In this document: positions 29,101 through 45,300 of the stretch, piece by piece
Numbering within the stretch: the stretch's first letter is position 1
Layout of the letters: every line of letters starts with the position of its first letter
Assembly: GCA_964016885.1 (NCBI GenBank)
Contig: OZ024744.1
Coordinates: 110,980,001 to 111,044,000, forward strand
Direction of reading: 5' to 3'
Length of the DNA stretch: 64,000 nt
DNA from: Eledone cirrhosa
Lineage: Eukaryota
The notes under the pieces: generated by a model
Told to the model about the DNA's origin: nothing
Seen by the model: the letters and a program-made list of their open reading frames with translations, nothing else
The model's database searches: none
Position numbers and translations under genes: made by a program

Positions 29101-31800
29101 AGTAAAACTACACAATCCACTATACCTTACCTTGCCCTGAACACAGTAAAACTACACAATCCACTATAGCTTACATTGCTCTGAACACAGTAAAACTACA
29201 CAATCCACTATAAATTACCTTGCTCTGAACACAGCAAAACTACACAATCCACTATAACTTACTTTGCCATGAACACAGTAAAACTACACAATCCACTATA
29301 ACTTACCTTGCACTGAACACAGTAAAACTACACAATCCACTATAACTTAACTGGCCCTGAACACAGTAACACTACACAATCAACTATAACTTACCTTGCT
29401 CTGAACACAGTAAAACTACACAATGCACTATAACTTACTTTGCCATGAACACAGTAAAACTACACAATCCACTATAACTTACCTTGCACTGAACACAGTA
29501 AAACTACACAATCCACTATAAATTACCTTGTTCTGAACACAGAAAAACTACACAATCCACTCTAACTTACCTTGCCCAGAACAAAATAAAACTACGTAAT
29601 CCACTATACCTTACCTTGCCCTGAACACAGTGAAACTACACAATCCACTATAACTTACCTTGCTCTGAACACAGTAAAACTACACAATCCACTATACCTT
29701 ACCTTGCCCTGAACACAGTAAAACTACATAATCCACTATAGTTTACCTTGCCCTGAACACAATAAAACTACACAATCCACTATAAATTACCTTGCCCTGA
29801 AAACAGTAGAACTACACAATCCACTATAAATTACCTTGCTCTGAACACAATAAAACTACACAATCCACTATAACTTAACTGGCCCTGAACACAGTAAAAC
29901 TACACAATCCACTATAACTTACCTTGCCCTGAACACAGTAAAACTACACAATCCACTATAACAAACATTGCCCTGAACACGGTAAAACTACACAAACCAC
30001 TATCAATTACCTTGCCCTGAACACAGTAAAACTACATAATCCACTATAGTTTACCTTGCCCTGAACACAATAAAACTACACAATCCACTATAAATTACCT
30101 TGCCCTGAACACAGTAAAACTACACAATCCTCTATAACTTACCTTGCTGTGAACACAGTAAAACTACACAATCCACTATGCCTTACCTTGCCATGAACAC
30201 AGTAAAACTACACAATCCACTATTACTTACATTGCTCTGAACACAGAAAAACTACACAATCCACTATAACTTACCTTGCACTGAACACAGTAAAACTACA
30301 CAATCCACTATAACTTACCTTGCCCTGAACACAGTAAAACTACACAATCCACTATAACTTAACTGGCCCTGAACACAGTAAAACTACACAATCCACTATA
30401 ACTTACCTTGCCCTGAACACAGTAAAACTACACAATCCAAACTATAACAAACATTGCCCTGAACACGGTAAAACTACACAAACCACTATAAATTACCTTG
30501 CCCTGAACACAGTAAAACTACATAATCCACTATAGTTTACCTTGCCCTGAACACAATAAAACTACACGATCCACTTTAAATTACCTTGCCCTGAACACAG
30601 TAAAACTACACAATCCACTATAACGTACCTTGCCCTGAACACAGTAAAACTACTTAATTCACTATAACTTACCTTGCTCTGAACACAGTAAAACTACACA
30701 ATCCACTATACCTTACCTTGCCCTGAACACAGTGAAACTACACAATCCACTATAACTTACCTTGCCCTGAACACAGTAAAACTACACAATCCTCTATAAC
30801 TTACCTTGCTGTGAACACAGTAAAACTACACAATCCACTATGCCTTACCTTGCCCTGAACACAGTAAAACTACACAATCCACTATTACTTACATTGCTCT
30901 GAACACAGAAAAACTACACAATCCACTATAACTTACTTTGCCATGAACACAGTAAAACTACACAATCCACTACAACTTACCTTGCACTGAACACAGTAAA
31001 ACTACACAATCCACTAAAAATTACCTTCCTCTGAACACAATAAAACTACACAATCCACTATAACTTAACTGGCCCTGAACACAGTAAAACTACACAATCC
31101 ACTATAACTTAACTGGCCCTGAACACAGTAAAACTACACAATCCACTATAACTTACCTTGCCCTGAACACAGTAAACTACACAATCCACTATAACTTACA
31201 TTGCCCTGAACACAGTAAAACTACACAAACCACTATAAATTACCTTGTTCTGAACACAGTAAAACTACACAATCCACTATACCTTACCTTGCCCTGAACA
31301 CAGTAAAACTACACAATCCACTATAACTTACTTTGCCCTGAACACATTAAAACTACACAAACCACTATAAATTACCTTGCTCTAAACACAGTAAAACTTT
31401 ATAATCCACTATAACTTAACTGGCCCTGAACACAGTAAAACTACACAATCCACTATAACTTAACTGGCCCTGAACACAGTAAAACTACACAATCCACTAT
31501 AAGTTACCTTGCTCTGAACACAGTAAAACTACACAATCCACTATAACTTAACTGGCCCTGAACACAGTAAAACTACACAATCCACTATAACTTACCTTGC
31601 CTTGAACACAGTAAAACTACACAATCCACTATAACTTACATTGCCCTGAACACAGTAAAACTACACAATCCACTATAACTTACCTTGCTCTGAACACAGT
31701 AAAACTACACAAACCACTATAACTTAACAGGCCCTGAACACAGTAAAACTACACAATCCACTATAACTTAACTGACCCTGAACACAGTAAAACTACACAA
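20200..31800. repeat. Higher-order duplication, offset about 6.3 kb (143-144 monomers), two copies
   Basis: CACAGTAAAGCT 20821/27117 and AGTAAAAATAAC 21791/28087 (offset 6296); AACAAAATAA 23241/29580 (offset 6339). Confidence 0.85.
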
Positions 31801-34800
31801 TCCACTATAACTTAACTGGCCCTGAACACAGTAAAACTACACAATCCACTATAACTTACCTTGCTCTGAACACAGTAAAACTACACGATCCACTATAACT
31901 TACCTTGCCCTGAGCACAGTAAGACTACACAAACCACTATAACTTAACTGGCCCTGAACACAGTAAAACTACACAATCCACTATCACTTACCTTGCCCTG
32001 AACACAGTCAAACTACACAATCCACTATAACTTAACTGGCCCTGAACACAGTAAAACTACACAATCCACTATAACTTAACTGGCCCTGAACACAGTAAAA
32101 CTACACAATCCACTATAAGTTACCTTGCTCTGAACACAGTAAAACTACACAATCCACTATAACTTACCTTGCCCTGAACACAGTAAACTACACAATCCAC
32201 TCTAACTTACCTTGCCCAGAACAAAGTAAAACTACGTAATCCACTATACCTTACCTTGCCCTGAACACAGTGAAACTACACAATCCACTATAACTTACCT
32301 TGCTCTGAACACAGTAAAACTACACAATCCACTATACCTTACCTTGCCCTGAACACAGTAAAACTACATAATCCACTATAGTTTACCTTGCCCTGAACAC
32401 AATAAAACTACACAATCCACTATAAATTACCTTGCCCTGAAAACAGTAGAACTACACAATCCACTATAAATTACCTTGCTCTGAACACAATAAAACTACA
32501 CAATCCACTATAACTTAACTGGCCCTGAACACAGTAAAACTACACAATCCACTATAACTTACCTTGCCCTGAACACAGTAAAACTACACAATCCACTATA
32601 ACAAACATTGCCCTGAACACGGTAAAACTACACAAACCACTATAAATTACCTTGCCCTGAACACAGTAAAACTACATAATCCACTATAGTTTACCTTGCC
32701 CTGAACACAATAAAACTACACAATCCACTATAAATTACCTTGCCCTGAACACAGTAAAACTACACAATCCTCTATAACTTACCTTGCTGTGAACACAGTA
32801 AAACTACACAATCCACTATGCCTTACCTTGCCCTGAACACAGTAAAACTACACAATCCACTATTACTTACATTGCTCTGAACACAGAAAAACTACACAAT
32901 CCACTATAACTTACCTTGCCCGGAACACAGTAAACTACAGGATCCACTATAACTTACCTTGCTCTGAACACAGTAAAACTACACGATCCACTATAACTTA
33001 CATTGCCCTGAACACAGTAAAACTACACAATCCACTATAACTTACCTTGCGCTGAACACAGTAAAACTACACGATCCACTATAACTTACTTTGCCATGAA
33101 CACAGTAAAACTACACGATCCACTATAACTTACCTTGCACTGAACACAGTAAAACTACACAATCCACTATAACTTAACTTGCACTGAACACAGTAAAACT
33201 ACACAATCCACTATAACTTAATTGGCCCTGAACACAGTAAAACTACACAATCCACTATAACTTACCTTGCACTGAACACAGTAAAACTACACAATCCACT
33301 ATAAGTAACCTTGCTCTGAACACAGTAAAACTACACAATCCACTATAACTTACCTTGCCCTGAACACAGTAAACTACACAATCCACTATAACTTACATTG
33401 CCATGAACACAGTAAAACTACACAAACCACTATAAATTACCTTGTTCTGAACACAGTAAAACTACACAATCCCCTATACCTTACCTTGCCCTGAACACAC
33501 TAAACTACAGGATCCACTATAACTTAACTGGCCCTGAACACAGTAAAACTACACGATCCACTATAACTTACCTTGCACTGAACACAGTAAAACTACACAA
33601 TCCACTATAACTTACCTTGCACTGGACACAGTAAAACTACACAATCCACTATAAATTACCTTGCTCTGAACACAGTAAAACTACACAATCCACTATAACT
33701 TAACTGGCCCTGAACACAGTAAACTACAGAATCCACTATAACTTACCTTGCCCAGAACAAAGTAAAACTACGTAATCCACTATACCTTACCTTGCCCTGA
33801 ACACAGTAAAACTACACAATCCACTATAGCTTACATTGCTCTGAACACAGTAAAACTACACAATCCACTATAGCTTACCTTGCCCTGAACACAGTAAAAC
33901 TACACAATCCACTATAAATTACCTTGCTCTGAACACAGTAAAACTACACAATCCACTATAACTTACCTTGCCCTGAACACAGTAAAACTACACAATCCAC
34001 TATAACTGAACTGGCCCTGAACACAGTAAAACTACACAATCCACTATAACTTAACTGGCCCTGAACACAGTAAAACTACACAATCCACTATAACTTAACT
34101 GGCCCTGAACACAGTAAAACTACACAAACCACTATAAATTACCTTGTTCTGAACACAGTAAAACTACACAATCCACTATACCTTACCTTGCCCTGAACAC
34201 AGTAAAACTACACAATCCACTATAACTTACTTTGCCCTGAACATATTAAAACTACACAAACCACTATAAATTACCTTGCTCTAAACACAGTAAAACTTTA
34301 TAATCCACTATAACTTAACTGGCCCTGAACACAGTGAAACTACACAATCCACTATAACTTAACTGGCCCTGAACACAGTAAAACTACACAATCCACTATA
34401 AGTTACCTTGCTCTGAACACAGTAAAACTACACAATCCACTATAACTTAACTGGCCTTGAACACAGTAAAGCTACACAATCCACTATAACTTACATTTCT
34501 GTGAACACAGGAAAACTACACAAACCACTATAACTTAACTGACCCTGAACACAGTAAAACTACACAATCCACTATAACTTAACTGACCCTGAACACAGTC
34601 AAACTACACAATCCACTATAACTTAACTGGCCCTGAACACAGTAAACTACAGGATCCACTATAACTTACCTTGCTCTGAACACAGTAAAACTACACGATC
34701 CACTATAACTTACATTGCCCTGAACACAGTAAAACTACACAATCCACTATAACTTGCCTTGCGCTGAACACAGTAAAACTACACGATCCACTATAACTTA

Positions 34801-35239
34801 CTTTGCCATGAACACAGTAAAACTACACGATCCACTATAACTTACCTTGCACTGAACACAGTAAAACTACACAATCCACTATAACTTAACTTGCACTGAA
34901 CACAGTAAAACTACACAATCCACTATAACTTAACTGGCCCTGAACACAGTAAAACTACACAATCCACTATAACTTACCTTGCACTGAACACAGTAAAACT
35001 ACACAATCCACTATAAGTTACCTTGCTCTGAACACAGTAAAACTACACAATCCACTATAACTTAACTGGCCCTGAACACAGTAAACTACAGAATCCACTA
35101 TAACTTACCTTGCCCTGAACAAAGTAAAACTACGTAATCCACTATACCTTACCTTGCCCTGAACACAGTAAAACTACACAATCCACTATAGCTTACATTG
35201 CTCTGAACACAGTAAAACTACACAATACACTATAGCTTA

Positions 35240-38200
35240 CCTTGCCCTGAACACAGTAAAACTACACAATCCACTATAAATTACCTTGCTCTGAACACAG
35301 TAAAACTACACAATCCACTATAACTTACCTTGCCCTGAACACAGTAAACTACACAATCCACTATAACTTACATTGCCCTGAACACAGTAAAACTACACAA
35401 TCCACTATAACTGAACTGGCCCTGAACACAGTAAAACTACACAATCCACTATAACTTAACTGGCCCTGAACACAGTAAAACTACACAATCCACTATAACT
35501 TAACTGGCCCTGAACACAGTAAAACTACACAATCCACTATAAGTTACCTTGCTCTGAACACAGTAAAACTACACAATCCACTATAACTTACCTTGTCCTG
35601 AACACACTAAAACTACACAATCCTCTATAACTTAACTGGCCCTGAACACAGTAAAACTACACAATCCACTATAACTTAGCTTGCACTGAACACACTAAAA
35701 CTACACAATCCACTATAACTTACCTTGCCCTGAACACAGTAAAACTACACAATCCACTTCAACTTACCTTGCTCTGAACACAGTAAAACTACACAATCCA
35801 CTATAACTTACCTTGCCCTGAACACAGTAAAATTACACAATCCACTATAACTAACCTTGCCCTGAACACAGTAAAACTACACAATCCACTATAACTTACT
35901 TTGCTCTGAACACAGTAAAACTACACAATCCACCTTAACTTACCTTGCTCTGAACACAGTAAAACTACACAATCCACTTCAACTTACCTTGCTCTGAACA
36001 CAGTAAAACTACACAATCCACTATAACTTACCTTGCCCTGAACACAGTAAAATTACACAATCCTCTATAACTTACCTTGCCCTGAACACAGTAAAACTAC
36101 ATAATCCACTATAACTTAACATGCTCTGAACACAGTAAAACTACACAACCCACTATAACTTACCTTGCCTTGAACACAGTAAAACTACACAATCCACAAT
36201 AACCTACCTTGCCCTGAACATAGTAAAACTACGTAATCCACTATAACTTACCTTCCTCTAAACACAGTAAAACTACACAATCTACTATAACTTACCTTGC
36301 CCAGAACACAGTAAAACTACGTAATCCACTATAACTTACCTTGCCCTGAACACAGTAAAACTACACAATCCACTATAATTTACCTTGCCCTGAACACAGT
36401 AAAACTACACAATCCACTATAACTTACCTTGCTCTGAACACAGTAAAACTACATAATCCACTATAACTTACCTTGCCCTGAACACAGTAAAACTAACACA
36501 ATCCACTATAACTTACCTTGCCCTGAACACAGTAAAACTACACCATCCACTATAAATTACGTTGCCATGAACATACTAAAACTACACGATCTTCTATAAC
36601 TTACCTTGCCCTGAACACAGTAAAACCACACAATCCACTATAACTTACCTTGCCCTGAACACAGTAAAACTACACAATCCACTATAACTTACATTGCCCT
36701 GAACGCAGTAAAACAACACGATCCACTATAACTGAACTGGCCCTGAACACAGTAAAACTACACAATCCACTATAACTTAACTGGCCCTGAACACAGTAAA
36801 ACTACACAATCCACTATAACTTAACTGGCCCTGAACACAGTAAAACTACACAATCCACTATAAGTTACCTTGCTCTGAACACAGTAAAACTACACAATCC
36901 ACTATAACTTACCTTGCCCTGAACACAGTAAACTACACAATCCACTATAACTAACATTGCCCTGAACACAGTAAAACTACACAAACCACTATAAATTACC
37001 TTGTTCTGAACACAGTAAAACTACACAATCCACTATACCTTACCTTGCCCTGAACACAGTAAAACTACACAATCCACTATAACTTACTTTGCCCTGAACA
37101 TATTAAAACTACACAAGCCACTATAAATTACCTTGCTCTAAACACAGTAAAACTTTATAATCCACTATAACTTAACTGGCCCTGAACACAGTGAAACTAC
37201 ACAATCCACTATAACTTAACTGGCCCTGAACACAGTAAAACTACACAATCCACTATAAGTTACCTTGCTCTGAACACAGTAAAACTACACGATCCACTAT
37301 AACTTAACTGGCCTTGAACACAGTAAAGCTACACAATCCACTATAACTTACATTTCTCTGAACACAGGAAAACTACACAAACCACTATAACTTAACTGAC
37401 CCTGAACACAGTAAAACTACACAATCCACTATAACTTAACTGACCCTGAACACAGTAAAACTACACAATCCACTATAACTTACCTTGCACTGAACACAGT
37501 AAAACTACACAATCCACTATAAGTTACCTTGCTCTGAACACAGTAAAACTACACAATCCACTATAACTTACCTTGCCCTGAACACAGTAAACTACACAAT
37601 CCACTATAACTTACATTGCCCTGAACACAGTAAAACTACACAAACCACTATAACTTACCTTGTTCTGAACACAGTAAAACTACACAATCCCCTATACCTT
37701 ACCTTGCCCTGAACACACTAAACTACAGGATCCACTATAACTTAACTGGCCCTGAACACAGTAAAACTACACGATCCACTATAACTTACCTTGCACTGAA
37801 CACAGTAAAACTACACAATCCACTATAACTTACCTTGCACTGAACACAGTAAAACTACACAATCCACTATAAATTACCTTGCCCTGAACACAGTAAAACT
37901 ACACAATCCACTATAGCTTACATTGCTCTGAACACAGTAAAACTACACAATCCACTATAGCTTACCTTGCCCTGAACACAGTAAAACTACACAATCCACT
38001 ATAAATTACCTTGCTCTGAACACAGTAAAACTACACAATCCACTATAACTTACCTTGCCCTGAACACAGTAAACTACACAATCCACTATAACTTACATTG
38101 CCCTGAACACAGTAAAACTACACAATCCACTATAACTGAACTGGCCCTGAACACAGTAAAACTACACAATCCACTATAACTTAACTGGCCCTGAACACAG

Positions 38201-41200
38201 TAAAACTACACAATCCACTATAAGTTACCTTGCTCTGAACACAGTAAAACTACACAATCCACTATAACTTACCTTGTCCTGAACACACTAAAACTACACA
38301 ATCCTCTATAACTTAACTGGCCCTGAACACAGTAAAACTACACAATCCACTATAACTTAGCTTGCACTGAACACAGTAAAACTACACAATCCACTATAAC
38401 TTACCTTGCCCTGAACACAGTAAAACTACACAATCCACTTCAACTTACCTTGCTCTGAACACAGTAAAACTACATAATCCACTATAACTTACCTTGCCCT
38501 GAACACAGTAAAACTAACACAATCCACTATAACTTACCTTGCCCTGAACACAGTAAAACTACACCATCCACTATAAATTACGTTGCCATGAACATACTAA
38601 AACTACACGATCTTCTATAACTTACCTTGCCCTGAACACAGTAAAACCACACAATCCACTATAACTTACCTTGCCCTGAACACAGTAAAACTACACAATC
38701 CACTATAACTTACATTGCCCTGAACGCAGTAAAACAACACAATCCACTATAACTGAACTGGCCCTGAACACAGTAAAACTACACAATCCACTATAACTTA
38801 ACTGGCCCTGAACACAGTAAAACTACACAATCCACTATAACTTAACTGGCCCTGAACACAGTAAAACTACACAATCCACTATAAGTTACCTTGCTCTGAA
38901 CACAGTAAAACTACACAATCCACTATAACTTACCTTGCCCTGAACACAGTAAACTACACAATCCACTATAACTAACATTGCCCTGAACACAGTAAAACTA
39001 CACAAACCACTATAAATTACCTTGTTCTGAACACAGTAAAACTACACAATCCACTATACCTTACCTTGCCCTGAACACAGTAAAACTACACAATCCACTA
39101 TAACTTACTTTGCCCTGAACATATTAAAACTACACAAGCCACTATAAATTACCTTGCTCTAAACACAGTAAAACTTTATAATCCACTATAACTTAACTGG
39201 CCCTGAACACAGTGAAACTACACAATCCACTATAACTTAACTGGCCCTGAACACAGTAAAACTACACAATCCACTATAAGTTACCTTGCTCTGAACACAG
39301 TAAAACTACACAATCCACTATAACTTAACTGGCCTTGAACACAGTAAAGCTACACAATCCACTATAACTTACATTTCTCTGAACACAGGAAAACTACACA
39401 AACCACTATAACTTAACTGACCCTGAACACAGTAAAACTACACAATCCACTATAACTTAACTGACCCTGAACACAGTAAAACTACACAATCCACTATAAC
39501 TTACCTTGCACTGAACACAGTAAAACTACACAATCCACTATAAGTTACCTTGCTCTGAACACAGTAAAACTACACAATCCACTATAACTTACCTTGCCCT
39601 GAACACAGTAAACTACACAATCCACTATAACTTACATTGCCCTGAACACAGTAAAACTACACAAACCACTATAAATTACCTTGTTCTGAACACAGTAAAA
39701 CTACACAATCCCCTATACCTTACCTTGCCCTGAACACACTAAACTACAGGATCCACTATAACTTAACTGGCCCTGAACACAGTAAAACTACACGATCCAC
39801 TATAACTTACCTTGCACTGAACACAGTAAAACTACACAATCCACTATAACTTACCTTGCACTGAACACAGTAAAACTACACAATCCACTATAAATTACCT
39901 TGCCCTGAACACAGTAAAACTACACAATCCACTATAGCTTACATTGCTCTGAACACAGTAAAACTACACAATCCACTATAGCTTACCTTGCCCTGAACAC
40001 AGTAAAACTACACAATCCACTATAAATTACCTTGCTCTGAACACAGTAAAACTACACAATCCACTATAACTTACCTTGCCCTGAACACAGTAAACTACAC
40101 AATCCACTATAACTTACATTGCCCTGAACACAGTAAAACTACACAATCCACTATAACTGAACTGGCCCTGAACACAGTAAAACTACACAATCCACTATAA
40201 CTTAACTGACCCTGAACACAGTAAAACTACACAATCCACTATAACTTAACTGGCCCTGAACACAGTAAAACTACACAATCCACTATAAGTTACCTTGCTC
40301 TGAACACAGTAAAACTACACAATCCACTATAACTTACCTTGTCCTGAACACACTAAAACTACACAATCCTCTATAACTTAACTGGCCCTGAACACAGTAA
40401 AACTACACAATCCACTATAACTTAGCTTGCACTGAACACAGTAAAACTACACAATCCACTATAACTTACCTTGCCCTGAACACAGTAAAACTACACAATC
40501 CACTTCAACTTACCTTGCTCTGAACACAGTAAAACTACACAATCCACTATAACTTACCTTGCCCTGAACACAGTAAAATTACACAATCCACTATAACTAA
40601 CCTTGCCCTGAACACAGTAAAACTACACAATCTACTATAACTTACTTTGCTCTGAACACAGTAAAACTACACAATCCACCTTAACTTACCTTGCTCTGAA
40701 CACAGTAAAACTACACAATCCACTTCAACTTACCTTGCACTGAACACAGTAAAACTACACAATCCACTATAACTTACCTTGCCCTGAACACAGTAAAACT
40801 ACACAACCCACTATAACTTACCTTGCCTTGAACACAGTAAAACTACACAATCCACAATAACTTACCTTGCCCTGAACATAGTAAAACTACGTAATCCACT
40901 ATAACTTACCTTCCTCTAAACACAGTAAAACTACACAATCTACTATAACTTACCTTGCCCAGAACACAGTAAAACTACGTAATCCACTATAACTTACCTT
41001 GCCCTGAACACAGTAAAACTACACAATCCACTATAATTTACCTTGCCCTGAACACAGTAAAACTACACAATCCACTATAACTTACCTTGCTCTGAACACA
41101 GTAAAACTACATAATCCACTATAACTTACCTTGCCCTGAACACAGTAAAACTAACACAATCCACTATAACTTACCTTGCCCTGAACACAGTAAAACTACA

Positions 41201-42150
41201 CCATCCACTATAAATTACGTTGCCATGAACATACTAAAACTACACGATCTTCTATAACTTACCTTGCCCTGAACACAGTAAAACCACACAATCCACTATA
41301 ACTTACCTTGCCCTGAACACAGTAAAACTACACAATCCACTATAACTTACATTGCCCTGAACACAGTAAAACTACACAATCCACTATAACTGAACTGGCC
41401 CTGAACACAGTAAAACTACACAATCCACTATAACTTAACTGGCCCTGAACACAGTAAAACTACACAATCCACTATAACTTAACTGGCCCTGAACACAGTA
41501 AAACTACACAATCCACTATAAGTTACCTTGCTCTGAACACAGTAAAACTACACAATCCACTATAACTTACCTTGCCCTGAACACAGTAAACTACACAATC
41601 CACTATAACTTACATTGCCCTGAACACAGTAAAACTACACAAACCACTATAAATTACCTTGTTCTGAACACAGTAAAACTACACAATCCACTATACCTTA
41701 CCTTGCCCTGAACACAGTAAAACTACACAATCCACTATAACTTACTTTGCCCTGAACATATTAAAACTACACAAACCACTATAAATTACCTTGCTCTAAA
41801 CACAGTAAAACTTTATAATCCACTATAACTTAACTGGCCCTGAACACAGTGAAACTACACAATCCACTATAACTTAACTGGCCCTGAACACAGTAAAACT
41901 ACACAATCCACTATAAGTTACCTTGCTCTGAACACAGTAAAACTACACAATCCACTATAACTTAACTGGCCTTGAACACAGTAAAGCTACACAATCCACT
42001 ATAACTTACATTTCTCTGAACACAGGAAAACTACACAAACCACTATAACTTAACTGACCCTGAACACAGTAAAACTACACAATCCACTATAACTTAACTG
42101 ACCCTGAACACAGTAAAACTACACAATCCACTATAACTTAACTGGCCCTG
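35240..42150. repeat. Three related higher-order units of about 2.0-2.7 kb
   Basis: GTCCTGAACACACT at 35595/38276/40341; GTTGCCATGAACATACT at 36561/38582/41219; 45-bp AACTAACACA monomer near 36491/38512/41149. Confidence 0.85.
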
Positions 42151-42399
42151 AACACAGTAAACTACAGGATCCACTATAACTTACCCTACTCTGAACACAG
42201 TAAATCTACACGATCCACTATAACTTACATTGCCCTGAGCACAGTAAAACTACACAATCCACTATAACTTGCCTTGCTCTGAACACAGTAAAACTACACA
42301 ATCCACTATAACTTACTTTGCCATGAACACAGTAAAACTACACGATCCACTATAAATTACCTTGCACTGAACACAGTAAAACTACACAATCCACTATAA

Positions 42400-45300
42400 C
42401 TTACCTTACCCTGAACACAGTAAACTACACAATCCACTCTAACTTACCTTGCCCAGAACAAAGTAAAACTACGTAATCCACTATACCTTACCTTGCCCTG
42501 AACACAGTGAAACTACACAATCCACTATAACTTACCTTGCTCTGAACACAGTAAAACTACACAATCCACTATACCTTACCTTGCCCTGAACACAGTAAAA
42601 CTACATAATCCACTATAACTTACCTTGCCCTGAACACAGTAAAACTACACAATCCACTATAAGTTACCTTGCCCTGAAAACAGTAGAACTACACAATCCA
42701 CTATAAATTACCTTGCTCTGAACACAATAAAACTACACAATCCACTATAACTTAACTGGCCCTGAACACAGTAAAACTACACAATCCACTATAACTTACC
42801 TTGCCCTGAACACAGTAAAACTACACAATCCACTATAACAAACATTGCCCTGAACACGGTAAAACTACACAAACCACTATAAATTACCTTGCCCTGAACA
42901 CAGTAAAACTACATAATCCACTATAGTTTACCTTGCCCTGAACACAATAAAACTACACAATCCACTATAAATTACCTTGCCCTGAACACAGTAAAACTAC
43001 ACAATCCTCTATAACTTACCTTGCTGTGAACACAGTAAAACTACACAATCCACTATGCCTTACCTTGCCCTGAACACAGTAAAACTACACAATCCACTAT
43101 TACTTACATTGCTCTGAACACAGAAAAACTACACAATCCACTATAACTTACTTTGCCATGAACACAGTGAAACTACACAATCCTCTATAACTTACCTTGC
43201 TGTGAACACAGTAAAACTACACAATCCACTATAAATTACCTTGCTCTGAACACAGTAAAACTACACAATCCACTATGCCTTACCTTGCCCTGAACACAGT
43301 AAAACTACACAATCCACTATAACAAACATTGCCCTGAACACGGTAAAACTACACAAACCACTATAAATTACCTTGACCTGAACACAGTAAAACTACATAA
43401 TCCACTATAGTTTACCTTGCCCTGAACACAATAAAACTACACAATCCACTATAAATTACCTTGCCCTGAAAACAGTAAAACTACACAATCCACTATAACG
43501 TACCTTGCCCTGAACACAGTAAAACTACTTAATTCACTATAACTTACCTTGCTCTGAACACAGTAAAACTACACAATCCACTATACCTTACCTTGCCCTG
43601 AACACAGTGAAACTACACAATCCACTATAACTTACCTTGCCCTGAACACAGTAGAACTACACAATCCACTATAACTTACCTTGCCCTGAACACAGTAAAA
43701 CTACACAATCCTCTATAACTTACCTTGCTGTGAACACAGTAAAACTACACAATCCACTATGCCTTACCTTGCCCTGAACACAGTAAAACTACACAATCCA
43801 CTATTACTTACATTGCTCTGAACACAGTAAGACTACACAATCCACTATAAGTTACATTGCCCTGAACACAGTAAAACTACACAAGCCACTATAAATTACC
43901 TTGTTCTGAACACAGTAAAACTACACAATCCACTATACCTTACCTTGCCCTGAACACAGTAAAACTACACAATCCACTATAACTTACTTTGCCCTGAACA
44001 CATTAAAACTACACAAACCACTATAAATTACCTTGCTCTGAACACAGTAAAACTACACAATCCACTATAACTTAACTGGCCCTGAACACAGTAAACTACA
44101 GAATCCACTATAACTTACCTTGCCCAGAACAAAGTAAAACTACGTAATCCACTATACCTTACCTTGCCCTGAACACAGTAAAACTACACAATCCACTATA
44201 GCTTACATTGCTCTGAACACAGTAAAACTACACAATCCACTATAAATTACCTTGTTCTGAACACAGTAAAACTACACAATCCACTATAACTGAACTGGCC
44301 CTGAACACAGTAAAACTACACAATCCACTATAACTTAACTGGCCCTGAACACCGTAAAACTACACAATCCACTATAACTTAACTGGCCCTGAACACAGTA
44401 AAACTACACAATCCACTATAAGTTACCTTGCTCTGAACACAGTAAAACTACACGATCCACTATAACTTACCTTGCACTGAACACAGTAAAACTACACAAT
44501 CCACTATAACTTGCCTTGCCCTGAACACAGTAAACTACACAATCCACTCTAACTTACCTTGCCCAGAACAAAGTAAAACTACGTAATCCACTATACCTTA
44601 CCTTGCCCTGAACACAGTGAAACTACACAATCCACTATAACTTACCTTACTCTGAACACAGTAAAACTACACAATCCACTATACCTTACCTTGCCCTGAA
44701 CACAGTAAAACTACATAATCCACTATAGTTTACCTTGCCCTGAACACAATAAAACTACACAATCCACTATAAATTACCTTGCCCTGAAAACAGTAGAACT
44801 ACACAATCCACTATAAATTACCTTGCTCTGAACACAATAAAACTACACAATCCACTATAACTTAACTGGCCCTGAACACAGTAAAACTACACAATCCACT
44901 ATAACTTACCTTGCCCTGAACACAGTAAAACTACACAATCCACTATAACAAACATTGCCCTGAACACTGTAAAACTACACAAACCACTATAAATTACCTT
45001 GCCCTGAACACAGTAAAACTACATAATCCACTATAGTTTACCTTGCCCTGAATACAATAAAACTACACAATCCACTATAAATTACCTTGCCCTGAACACA
45101 GTAAAACTACACAATCCTCTATAACTTACCTTGCTGTGAACACAGTAAAACTACACAATCCACTATGCCTTACCTTGCCCTGAACACAGTAAAACTACAC
45201 AATCCACTATTACTTACATTGCTCTGAACACAGAAAAACTACACAATCCACTATAACTTACTTTGCCATGAACACAGTGAAACTACACAATCCTCTATAA

